Shown: piece by piece, positions 1-8,994 of the stretch
Layout of the letters: each line of letters opens with the position of its first letter
How positions within the stretch are numbered: the stretch's first letter is position 1
IMG/VR virus record: IMGVR_UViG_3300012953_000121
Location: 1-31,144 of that record
Length of the DNA stretch: 31,144 bases
Strand: one strand, 5' to 3'
Origin: a virus
Lineage: Duplodnaviria; Caudoviricetes
Translations under genes and position numbers: made by a program
Notes under the pieces: model-generated
The model's database searches: none
The model's input: the letters and a program-made list of their open reading frames with translations, nothing else
Told to the model about the DNA's origin: nothing

Positions 1-78
1 ATAGGCCATTTCACCCCAATTGAGGCTGGCAGGTTTATCGGTTCCAGAGGATCGTTTGATCCTGATAATACTAGCCAT
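1..78 (-). CDS. 5' end of a tail-fibre-like structural protein (partial, runs off the window)
   Basis: Translated by hand from the ATG at 78: MASIIRIKRSSGTDKPASLNWGEMAY. The I-x-IKRS...L-x-x-GE-x-AY pattern is typical of phage fibre N-terminal attachment domains. It abuts the stop of 79..306. Confidence 0.75.
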   Translation of the reverse strand, partial: MASIIRIKRSSGTDKPASLNWGEMAY

Positions 79-306
79 TTAGAAATTTCCCCCGTTAATG
101 TTTAAATTTTGTTCCGTTCCAGGTGTTAGTTCAAGAGTTGCATCCCATTTTTGAGTTGCTCCATTATAAACTAAGACCATTCCATTTAACAGGTTCGAGG
201 CATTAACATCGCTTAATTCAGCGAGTGATAAGCCTTGAGCACCAGCAAGTGAGGAAACAACCTTCACCGCATTGTGTTGCCCAACTCTTACCTTAATATC
301 TGCCAT
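79..306 (-). CDS. small virion-associated hypothetical protein (75 aa)
   Basis: LxxLSDVxxxxxxNGxVLVYNxxTQKW motif seen in phage fibre-associated proteins; C-terminal INGGNF; late promoter just upstream. Confidence 0.75.
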   Translation of the reverse strand: MADIKVRVGQHNAVKVVSSLAGAQGLSLAELSDVNASNLLNGMVLVYNGATQKWDATLELTPGTEQNLNINGGNF

Positions 307-334
307 TTATGTATGCAATTCAGAATCTATGTAT

Positions 335-342
335 TATTTATA
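335..342 (-). promoter_or_regulatory. T4-type late promoter (TATAAATA)
   Basis: Plus strand tatttata at 335-342 reads TATAAATA on the minus strand; intergenic, about 30 nt upstream of the ATG at 306. Confidence 0.85.
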
Positions 343-344
343 CT

Positions 345-548
345 TTAAGATGTTATCTGACCTGTAATTTGTTTTAATAAAGTCTTAATTTCATTAATAT
401 CTTTTTTCATCGCATCTAATTCTGATTTTTCATCAAGTTTTCTATTTTTAGTAGAAACATAATCAGAATATGAGTTAGTATCTGTACTAATTATTGCACC
501 TGTTTCTGGGTCACGAAACAGGTTTTTATGTCCTTCAACTGGTATCAT
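345..548 (-). CDS. cyanophage-type hypothetical protein (67 aa) with C-terminal coiled coil
   Basis: VEGHKNLFRDPETGAII motif recalled from small genes that follow vrlC in T4-like cyanophages; heptad-like C-terminus; ATGA overlap with the upstream ORF. Confidence 0.8.
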   Translation of the reverse strand: MIPVEGHKNLFRDPETGAIISTDTNSYSDYVSTKNRKLDEKSELDAMKKDINEIKTLLKQITGQITS

Positions 549-799
549 GCTTTTTTAATGGGTATAGTTCCCCTAATCAAATCATCCTCAGATGGTTTTT
601 TAGGATTTGTAATATTCTTATATTGACCATTGATCTTATCATCTTTAGAAAGTTTTGCCTGTGTATTTGGTTTTGGAATTGGTTCCAATTTTTTATATTT
701 TCCTCCAGGACCAAATAAATTTCTTATCCTGAAACCTTTATCTCTAAAAGTTTGAACAGCATTAGATGCTTCTTCTAAAAATTGTTTGAATGTTTTCAT
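545..799 (-). CDS. putative internal head protein with T4-type capsid-targeting leader (84 aa, Lys-rich)
   Basis: N-terminus MKTFKQFLEE/A resembles T4 internal-protein leaders (MKTYQEFIAE) and ends in a gp21-type L-x-E site. Confidence 0.65.
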   Translation of the reverse strand: MKTFKQFLEEASNAVQTFRDKGFRIRNLFGPGGKYKKLEPIPKPNTQAKLSKDDKINGQYKNITNPKKPSEDDLIRGTIPIKKA

Positions 800-959
800 A
801 GTAGAAAGTCGAAGTTTCCGTTCTGATTAAATTAAATGGATATTGCTTTAACTTATCCTCAACAGTTCTAAGATCTATTGGGAGATTAAATTTTACTAAT
901 TTGCCAGATCCACTAGGATCTATAATGAATTTAGTTGCTGGATTTACAGAGTTTCTCAT
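762..959 (-). CDS. hypothetical protein (65 aa)
   Basis: ATG overlaps the upstream stop (ATGA at 956-959) and the ORF fills the gap in the operon; 38-nt overlap with the downstream ORF; no recognised motif. Confidence 0.55.
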   Translation of the reverse strand: MRNSVNPATKFIIDPSGSGKLVKFNLPIDLRTVEDKLKQYPFNLIRTETSTFYYENIQTIFRRSI

Positions 960-1465
960 GAATAATGGAAATCCCTATCCTTTTTCTTGTCCTTTAACTT
1001 ATCACCTCTTTGTCTTGTTTCGCCAGTTTCACCATAACCATCTGGATGTGGACCTGGTTTTGCTGATCCTATATTATCTGGACTTCGTCCACTCTTATCG
1101 GTATAATGTAATCTAGCATCTTTACCAGCTTTCTTTGTAATAATTGATTCTTGACCATACTTAGCACCAAGTCGTCTCATCCTCTTACCAAATTCTCTCT
1201 TTGACATTCCAGCAGGACGTGTTGTTGCGTAAGAAACTTCACGAGCATCAGACCCATCATCGTACTTATATTTGCCAGTTGATTTTCTATAACCAATTTT
1301 ATTTTTTCTTAAATCACGTTCAAGACTTCTTCTTTTCTTTTTATTTTCATTTTCATCATCACCACGATCAGGTGATATATGACCAGTATCATGGGTCTCA
1401 GACTTACCAAGATATCTTGATAAACCTCCCTCACATAAAACTAAAAATTCCTGAAAAGATATCAT
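956..1465 (-). CDS. putative S-adenosylmethionine lyase (T3 SAMase / Svi3-3 family) with N-terminal capsid-targeting-like leader
   Basis: Motif order IS-x-x-R...N...L..DL...TG-x-Y66...E76-x-S...LG-x-KY-x-Q105-E106-SII...A-x-L-x-Y parallels T3 SAMase as recalled (VSAFR...N...TGCY...EEKT...EQDCVL...AGLVY). Leader is MISFQEFLVLCE/G. TAATG coupling to vrlC. Confidence 0.7.
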   Translation of the reverse strand: MISFQEFLVLCEGGLSRYLGKSETHDTGHISPDRGDDENENKKKRRSLERDLRKNKIGYRKSTGKYKYDDGSDAREVSYATTRPAGMSKREFGKRMRRLGAKYGQESIITKKAGKDARLHYTDKSGRSPDNIGSAKPGPHPDGYGETGETRQRGDKLKDKKKDRDFHYS

Positions 1466-4400
1466 TATGCTAAAGCAAGTGCTCTAAAGTCTTTAAGTCT
1501 AACTGGTACACACTCGTTAGTGGATGACATTACAATCTTAATTTTAAATCCACTGAACTGTTCTAAATCATTAACAGTAAATTGGTATTCAGAGAAGTCA
1601 TTCTGTCCACTCTTCTTGACTTTAGCATCAGAACTACCATCACTCATACCATAATCAATAACCTTATCACCATAACCATCACCATTAGTATCTATTAAGT
1701 TAGAATATCCAGGGAATGGTCTATAAACCTGAGAAGTTTCGCTAGAATCAGCAGAATATAATCTATAGTAAACTCTAAAGTCTGCTTGTGGTTGTACATT
1801 AGCAGCAACATAAACTTTTATTGAACTTGCAGGTTGTTGTAAATTAACCTTTTTAGTAACAAATATTGAACCATGTGGATCACCGATTAGTTGAGTAGAT
1901 CTAGTATCAGTTACATAATCATCAATAGGAGAATTAATTTTATTTCTACCTAGAACAAATGTAGCATTTTGAGCATCTAATACTGGTGATAAATTAGGAT
2001 CATTAGAAGTCATATCAACTTTGAGGGTAAGAGATGCATTTCTTGGAAGAGAATCTAATCTTTCTACCTCATTAACTAAAGAAGCTGCCATTCTAGGTGT
2101 TGGGAAGAATGTAGTTTCATTCAAGATAGTTGGTTCAAATCCCTGATCTAAGAATGATACTTCAGATCCATTAGCACTAGTACCACTTACAGTTCTATAT
2201 GAAGCACTAGCACGGGTTCCTTTACCAGGAGTAATAACATTAAATTTAGCAGAAGCAGAACTATATTGATGATTTTGAGAAATTCCAACCCGATTTCCAC
2301 CTACAGCTTTTTCATTTATAAAGTTTAATTGATTCTTACCTGATGCCCTATTACCACTTCCCCTATCAAGTTCTAAGTAATAATTATCAATATTTGATAG
2401 ATTTTTTAGAGTTTGGTTGGTTGGAATGGTATGTGTCTTATTAATCTTAGTTAATGGCATACCATTAACTTCATATGGTTGAATACTAGCACCAGAAGAA
2501 TGCGAAATAGAAGTTGTACCTTCAAGTCCCCTTCCAGTTAATGCTAACTTATTAACACCAACAACATATGATACAATCTCATTATTTAATAAAGCTTCAC
2601 CCCTATCAGTTGTTATTCCAGCCATGTATGTAAATGGTGTGGTTGAAGCAACATTTACCTCAACATCAGTAGCAGAAATATCATTTGTAGTTGCGGTTTT
2701 AATGCTATCTGGTTCAATCGACTCAATTTTAATACTATTATTAGCACCATGATGTCCATGATTATGTTGAATCACTTCAATAACATTTCCTGAGTAGATA
2801 TCATTAGTTACTACAGAATCAGAAGAAACTGTTATACCAGTAAGAACTGTTCTAGTATCGTTAGCAACTCCATAATGAATAATTTGATCACCTGTAACAA
2901 ATTTTTCTCCTTGAACATCAGTTAGATAAACGGTGTCAATAACATCAGTAATATCAGTAATTGTAAATCTAGCACCAGAACCATTAGTAACATCAGCACT
3001 AAGTGGAACATCAATTGTTAATACTTCACCAACTCTATAACCAGTACCAGATTGAGTTATACTATTAATAGTAATTGCTCCACCAGTAGCAATAGTTATA
3101 CTTAACGATGCTCCAGATCCATTACCATCAAGTGATCTAACAGGAACTGATCCCCAAGCACCACCAGTATTATAGTTAGCACCATTGGATGAAACTTTTA
3201 TTCCTAATAAAGGTCCACCTACATCTTCAATAACACCAGTAATACTATTATCTTCAGTATCAGCAACAAGACCTGTACTTATTTTTCTACCAACAGGTAA
3301 TAAAGCACGTTCTGTAGATGTAACGTTATTACTTAAACCAAATCTAATCTTTCTAGGAAGTGTTCTAATTGGATTGCTCATCATTGGCATTACATTCATA
3401 TTAGAAGGTTCAATAGAACTGTTGTAGAATGTACATGTACCAGCAGGAACAAATGCTGCTTTTCTAAGAGTAAATTTAAGATCTTGATACTGACTAGGTG
3501 TCCAAATTGTACCGTTTTGTGATTTGAATAAACTACCACCAATATACTGCTTAGTTACAACACCAAACTGAGAATCGTCAGTTGTTGCTGGTAATCCTAC
3601 AGGTGGAGTAACATTCTTTTGACCCATAGTAGCAACCCACATCTCATACTCATCAGATCCTGGTGATAAGAATACAATAGCATATTCTTTACCAGATTCT
3701 AAGAATACTGGTGATGGGAATTTAACTGTAGTTGCTACAGAAGCATCATCTGAAATAGCAATATCATTAGGATTTAATGCTACTTGAGCATATCCTTGTA
3801 CAAGGAAACTTGTAGGTGTTCCTAATTCAACTTCTCTAAGTTCAACAAAAACCTTAGCATTTGGATCTTTCTTATAGAAATAAACATCAAATGATGTTAA
3901 GAATGCTCCAGTTTCATCAACAGTAAATGTTTGTGCTAGAGGATCCCTATAAGGTGCTTCTATTCTTACAGTAGAAGAACTTGAATTTACACTTACGCTA
4001 GTAGTAATTTCATTGGGTTTCTGTGCAGGTTGGGGAGGATTTCTAACTCCAACAGTACCTGTGACTTGAGTTAAAATAGTACCAGTTCCACTATAAGTAC
4101 CACTAGCATCACTAGCAAGAGCAGTGCTTCCTGTAGGAACAAATGCTCCTGTAGTATTAGCAGTAAGTCTAAATGTTTTTGTTCCAGTATAGAATAATAC
4201 TGAAGGTTGAGGAGTTTGGTTGGGATCTCTGAAGAAGAATGCTCCCAAAACATCACCCCAATTATCTGACATAAGATCCATATTAGTTACTGTTGCTTCA
4301 GTACCAGATGTTTCTCCTATCAGTTTTGCACCCTTAACAACATAACCATAATAATTCTCATTATTTGCTAACTCACTAATATCACAATTAAATAATACAG

Positions 4401-7400
4401 ATGTTGATGAATACGCATTAGAAGGTGCAGGTCTTGATCTATCAAATGGATCAACACTATATGTCTCAACTGTAACTGCTGGATGACCTAATCCTGCAGC
4501 AAATTCTGGTCTAGTTGTATCCCCAAACTTATGATTTGGTGCTTGTGCTTTAACATAACCTATGGTATAAAACCCATTCATTACCCTAACATTTTCACCA
4601 ACTGTAAATCCATTACCAGATCCAGCAGTTGTTGAAATTTCAAGCAATTTGGGGAATATATCAGGTACTCCACTATCAAGTTTATGAATATGTTTTGTAT
4701 ATGGTTTTAAACCATTAGCAGCAAAATAAACATTTCTAGATCTCATATATGGATCTGTTTCACCATTAATCTTAACACTTTCAACATAATCAAATTCTTG
4801 ATTATTGCCAGTTAATTGATTAGTGAAACTAGTTTCTACAGTTTGTGTTGTAGTTGTAGTATGTGTTGTTGTAGTATCAGTATGATTACCACTAAATATA
4901 TCTTGATCCGCTTCAATTTCAGTTTCTGTCACATCTACTGAATTTTGAACATCAGTAGTATCAGAAACAACATTACCTATTGAATTCCAAGTATTACCAG
5001 TAGACTCTGTTCTATGATTATCAACATATATTGTCCTAGTCCAATTATCTGAAGGGGGATCTAACTGAATACCACCAACATAAACAATAACATTAAATGG
5101 GTTGATATTCTCAACACCAGATGCTTGTGGTTGTACTATCCAATCAGTTTCAGTGTAATCTAATGTTAATAAATCACCAGTTTTTTTACAATTTGGATCT
5201 AAAAGACTCAAATTAGATGACATATCAGCAGTATTTCCATCAATTCCTGGATTAAGTGCTAATACTGCTCTTAATGACCAAAAATCAACAGCACTTATTA
5301 ATTCTTTATTGACTACATCAACATCACATCTAGATCCATCCTCAACTCTAAAGTCAATAAAATCTCTATTTTTAAAATCATTAACAACAAATCCACTCTT
5401 AAATCTGTCTATACCATCAGCATCCTTAACTTGAAGTGATTTTGTATCTAATTCAAGAGCAGTTAATGAAGTCATTACTTCAAGGTTGGAAATCCTCTTT
5501 TCAAGTTTTCCAATATCCCTCATAGTAAATCTTCTATTATCATATAATTTAATCTTAGGTCCTTTAATAGGATCATAAAGATATGGTGGATAGGTTATCT
5601 GAGCAACTTCCATTGTATCGGAAACTTCAGTTGGTGGTGATGGTTTATCGTCAGAAACACCCTTAATAAGTTTAACCTCTTCAAATTTATTAATAACAAG
5701 TTTATCAATTCTAGGTAGATAATAACTATATCCTAAAATAGAACTTTCATCTGGAGTTACAACATACCTAGTTGTCGTTTCAAGTATTCTACTATTATAT
5801 GAGAATGGTGATGAAGTAGTTGCATCAGTAGGTTCAAACTTTTTAACTCTTGGTCTAAAATCAAGAATATCCTGACATCTATTACCAGATACTACTGGAA
5901 TATCATGAGTATATCTATCTTTTGTATAAGAATTGACAGTATAGAAATCTCCAGCAGTATTCAAAGCAGACTCATAGTAATCAAATATTACAAGTAGTCT
6001 CTTAGAAGGTGAAGCAGAATTTGCGGTCCTTACAAGTCTAGAATAATCTAGGAATTGTTTTCTATGACCTTTATCTAAAATAAAATTGCTAGTTCTATTA
6101 ATATAATTACCATTATTCAAACTTTGTACATTTGCAGTAATTTGAGATTCTTTGAAAGTAACACTTTCACCTTTAATAAAACTATTACCATTTAAAGGTA
6201 CATACTCAACTGTTGTATCAGAAACTCTATTAACAACTTGTGCGATAGCTCTACTATCAGCACCAACAATCTTTTCACCAATAAAGGTATTTGTATCAAG
6301 ACCCAATCCAGAAACAAAAACTAAACCATCTAAAGTTGGTTTAGAAGTATCTTTAGATTCATATACAGCATGAATCTTAACGGCATCAGGAACATTTAAT
6401 GATATTTCCTTATCTTCTACTCTCAATCCATAGGCACTACTAATTCCAAGATTTGTAGATCCATTGGATACACTAATAGTTTTTGTTATCTCAACTTGAG
6501 AACTTCTAATATAATTCTTAACCTTACTAGAAAGACCAAGTTTTTTCAACGTAGTATTTACAACTACATCACTATCCGTTGCCTTTGATAAATTACTAAA
6601 CCTTATAACACTACCATTACCAGTAATATTAACCTGATCTGATGTTAGAGGTTCTGTAGTACCATCTGAATAATGAATTGAATATCTTTCAGCATCAAAT
6701 GGTTCAAAAAATGCTGTTGTAATTCCTAAAGCAGCACCAGCACCAGAATTCTCCATAACAACTTCAGTTTTAAGTTCTAACGCATTACCTGCTACGGATT
6801 GAGTTTTAACTTGACGAGATATTATTAAACTTGAATTTGAAAGATCAACCGAAGATATATTCTTTTTCGGTAATCGAGTAAATAATCCAGAACGATTATA
6901 ATTAATTATCTTTGGAGTTTTAACTGTAAAAAGAGATGAAATTGTAGTTCCATTTGCTGGAATATCACCATAATTAACATCAGCAACTGTAGTAACATCG
7001 TCAAGTGTTAAGGTTGCCCCATCTGCTGAAATAGCACTAACTCTATTATAAACGGGATCACCTTGAGAATCTACTTTATATCCAACTATAGAATCAACTT
7101 TTAACCCTACAGCACCAGAAAATCTTCTATTTGGACAGGTTGCTGCTGCAGTACTAGTAGAACCAGTAATATTTAATTGATCTGTTATAGAGAAATTTGG
7201 TAAAATTCTATCATACAGAATAGAATCAGCAGTAAAATCTTTAGCATTACTACCAAATCCACCTACATCTTTTGACTGATAAACTGATTTTATATCTCCA
7301 GTAGAATACTGTGTAACCTTTGAAACCGATGCTGTAGATGTATTTACTCCAACATTACTAGTTTTCTCATTGAATATTAGTTTTTCACCAGAAATAAATG

Positions 7401-8988
7401 ACCCAGATGTATCACTAATGTCTATATTACCAGCACTTGGATGACCAGCAACAAATCCTTCAGCACCACTACTCATTCCTCTAACTTTAGATCCAAGTGG
7501 AGCTAAAGTATTTTGCTGATATGTTAGACCACCAGCACCATTTCCAATTTCTAGTTGTGTATATGTCTGAAGATCATACAAATATAAATCCCATTCAGTT
7601 TCATCTCCCTTATAACTATCATCAGCTAACCCAAAGGAATATACACGGGCTTCGCCAATTTTAGTACCACTACCAGCAGTTGGAACACCAGTTCCCTTTC
7701 TCTGACTGAAAAGATCTACAGTATTAGCAACATTACTTTCATTAGCACCAACATTAATATATGGAGTTCCATGTGGGTTATTAACTTTCAACAAACTACC
7801 CATTCTGAAAGGAACAGATCCAGATTGTATAGATTTAGTATCTCTTGGTTTATCTACATCCAATACAGTAGTTCCAGATAAAGGAACCTGATAACCTTTA
7901 ACATATGCTGTACCTGGTGATAATTCTACACATGCTAAATCATCATTGGGTATATTGAGTTCATCAGTTTTATCTCCCTCAACATACTTACCATTAGATC
8001 CCATCTCATCATTTAATGAGTTCTGAACACTAACATTAAAGGGAACTACAGCATAATTACCAGACTCATCATATGTTCTTCCAGCAATCCAATCTCTAAT
8101 AATATTATATTGAGACTTATTCTGTATTTTCTTTATTTCTCCATTCTTTACACGCAATACTTCTACAAAATTAGTATCATCAAAATCTTCAAGTGATTTT
8201 TTAGATAATTTTACACTAATTTTAAATCTATCAGCACCTGGAGCAGCAAAATTGGTAAAACCCTTTGCATTATCATTTAATGTAGTATCGTCATTTGAAT
8301 TTACTAATTCTTCAAGTACTTCCCAACCAACTCTATATGATGGCTTATTTGAATATGGTTCAAGTATAACTACAGATTTTGGAGTATCAACAAATGCTCC
8401 TCTTAAAAAATAGATACCAGAATCTACACCAACAGCAGATCCAGTTTCTGTAGCATTTTCACTGTTTAATGTTAAAATAGTATCTCCAGAAACTAATGTA
8501 GTATTTCCATAAGTAACATTTTGATCAAGTACTAATATTTCTCCGTTAGGAAAATGTGTACTCTCTCCAGCAGTATCGGATTCAGTATACTTTACAAAAA
8601 TCGTAATATCATCAACATTTTCTTCTGGTGGTAAAATATAATTTACAATTTTACCTACAATTTGAGAATTTTGTCCTCTTACTCGTGTACCTTCACCAGC
8701 AACTAAAGCATCAAGATATATGCTAACATCAATTCCTAGATGATCACCATTTACTTTACATGAAAAATATGTACTATCATACGTAACAGATCCAGGTATA
8801 ACCATAGATCCTTCTTTGAATATATGATTACCAAAAGATTCAACTTGATTCTGTAATATTGATTGAAGACCTGTTAATTCTCTTGCTTGAACTGGATATC
8901 CAGGTTTAAACAAAACCTTATAATAATTCTTCGCCTTATCAAAATCATCGTAATAAGGACTTATATTTAAATTAGTCTTTTGTGGCAT
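1465..8988 (-). CDS. VrlC-like / DUF4815-type large virion structural protein (2507 aa)
   Basis: N-terminal NLNISPYYDDFD...KVLFKPGYPVQARELTGLQSILQNQ, and internal RTYDESGNY, YYLPRIDKL, NRRFTMRDIGKLEKRI and DPLAQTF motifs; located directly after gp8 as in T4-like cyanophages. Confidence 0.85.
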   Translation of the reverse strand: MPQKTNLNISPYYDDFDKAKNYYKVLFKPGYPVQARELTGLQSILQNQVESFGNHIFKEGSMVIPGSVTYDSTYFSCKVNGDHLGIDVSIYLDALVAGEGTRVRGQNSQIVGKIVNYILPPEENVDDITIFVKYTESDTAGESTHFPNGEILVLDQNVTYGNTTLVSGDTILTLNSENATETGSAVGVDSGIYFLRGAFVDTPKSVVILEPYSNKPSYRVGWEVLEELVNSNDDTTLNDNAKGFTNFAAPGADRFKISVKLSKKSLEDFDDTNFVEVLRVKNGEIKKIQNKSQYNIIRDWIAGRTYDESGNYAVVPFNVSVQNSLNDEMGSNGKYVEGDKTDELNIPNDDLACVELSPGTAYVKGYQVPLSGTTVLDVDKPRDTKSIQSGSVPFRMGSLLKVNNPHGTPYINVGANESNVANTVDLFSQRKGTGVPTAGSGTKIGEARVYSFGLADDSYKGDETEWDLYLYDLQTYTQLEIGNGAGGLTYQQNTLAPLGSKVRGMSSGAEGFVAGHPSAGNIDISDTSGSFISGEKLIFNEKTSNVGVNTSTASVSKVTQYSTGDIKSVYQSKDVGGFGSNAKDFTADSILYDRILPNFSITDQLNITGSTSTAAATCPNRRFSGAVGLKVDSIVGYKVDSQGDPVYNRVSAISADGATLTLDDVTTVADVNYGDIPANGTTISSLFTVKTPKIINYNRSGLFTRLPKKNISSVDLSNSSLIISRQVKTQSVAGNALELKTEVVMENSGAGAALGITTAFFEPFDAERYSIHYSDGTTEPLTSDQVNITGNGSVIRFSNLSKATDSDVVVNTTLKKLGLSSKVKNYIRSSQVEITKTISVSNGSTNLGISSAYGLRVEDKEISLNVPDAVKIHAVYESKDTSKPTLDGLVFVSGLGLDTNTFIGEKIVGADSRAIAQVVNRVSDTTVEYVPLNGNSFIKGESVTFKESQITANVQSLNNGNYINRTSNFILDKGHRKQFLDYSRLVRTANSASPSKRLLVIFDYYESALNTAGDFYTVNSYTKDRYTHDIPVVSGNRCQDILDFRPRVKKFEPTDATTSSPFSYNSRILETTTRYVVTPDESSILGYSYYLPRIDKLVINKFEEVKLIKGVSDDKPSPPTEVSDTMEVAQITYPPYLYDPIKGPKIKLYDNRRFTMRDIGKLEKRISNLEVMTSLTALELDTKSLQVKDADGIDRFKSGFVVNDFKNRDFIDFRVEDGSRCDVDVVNKELISAVDFWSLRAVLALNPGIDGNTADMSSNLSLLDPNCKKTGDLLTLDYTETDWIVQPQASGVENINPFNVIVYVGGIQLDPPSDNWTRTIYVDNHRTESTGNTWNSIGNVVSDTTDVQNSVDVTETEIEADQDIFSGNHTDTTTTHTTTTTQTVETSFTNQLTGNNQEFDYVESVKINGETDPYMRSRNVYFAANGLKPYTKHIHKLDSGVPDIFPKLLEISTTAGSGNGFTVGENVRVMNGFYTIGYVKAQAPNHKFGDTTRPEFAAGLGHPAVTVETYSVDPFDRSRPAPSNAYSSTSVLFNCDISELANNENYYGYVVKGAKLIGETSGTEATVTNMDLMSDNWGDVLGAFFFRDPNQTPQPSVLFYTGTKTFRLTANTTGAFVPTGSTALASDASGTYSGTGTILTQVTGTVGVRNPPQPAQKPNEITTSVSVNSSSSTVRIEAPYRDPLAQTFTVDETGAFLTSFDVYFYKKDPNAKVFVELREVELGTPTSFLVQGYAQVALNPNDIAISDDASVATTVKFPSPVFLESGKEYAIVFLSPGSDEYEMWVATMGQKNVTPPVGLPATTDDSQFGVVTKQYIGGSLFKSQNGTIWTPSQYQDLKFTLRKAAFVPAGTCTFYNSSIEPSNMNVMPMMSNPIRTLPRKIRFGLSNNVTSTERALLPVGRKISTGLVADTEDNSITGVIEDVGGPLLGIKVSSNGANYNTGGAWGSVPVRSLDGNGSGASLSITIATGGAITINSITQSGTGYRVGEVLTIDVPLSADVTNGSGARFTITDITDVIDTVYLTDVQGEKFVTGDQIIHYGVANDTRTVLTGITVSSDSVVTNDIYSGNVIEVIQHNHGHHGANNSIKIESIEPDSIKTATTNDISATDVEVNVASTTPFTYMAGITTDRGEALLNNEIVSYVVGVNKLALTGRGLEGTTSISHSSGASIQPYEVNGMPLTKINKTHTIPTNQTLKNLSNIDNYYLELDRGSGNRASGKNQLNFINEKAVGGNRVGISQNHQYSSASAKFNVITPGKGTRASASYRTVSGTSANGSEVSFLDQGFEPTILNETTFFPTPRMAASLVNEVERLDSLPRNASLTLKVDMTSNDPNLSPVLDAQNATFVLGRNKINSPIDDYVTDTRSTQLIGDPHGSIFVTKKVNLQQPASSIKVYVAANVQPQADFRVYYRLYSADSSETSQVYRPFPGYSNLIDTNGDGYGDKVIDYGMSDGSSDAKVKKSGQNDFSEYQFTVNDLEQFSGFKIKIVMSSTNECVPVRLKDFRALALA

Positions 8989-8994
8989 TTTACT

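Noticed and set aside
494-1473. Plus-strand ORFs 494..718, 901..1116 and 1201..1473
   Set aside because: Antisense shadows of coupled minus-strand genes; their Phe/Leu/His-rich composition mirrors Lys/Glu/Asp codons on the coding strand.
4830-4890. gtt/gta-rich low-complexity tract
   Set aside because: It encodes a Thr-rich segment of VrlC (HTDTTTTHTTTTTQT); not a CRISPR array or contingency repeat.
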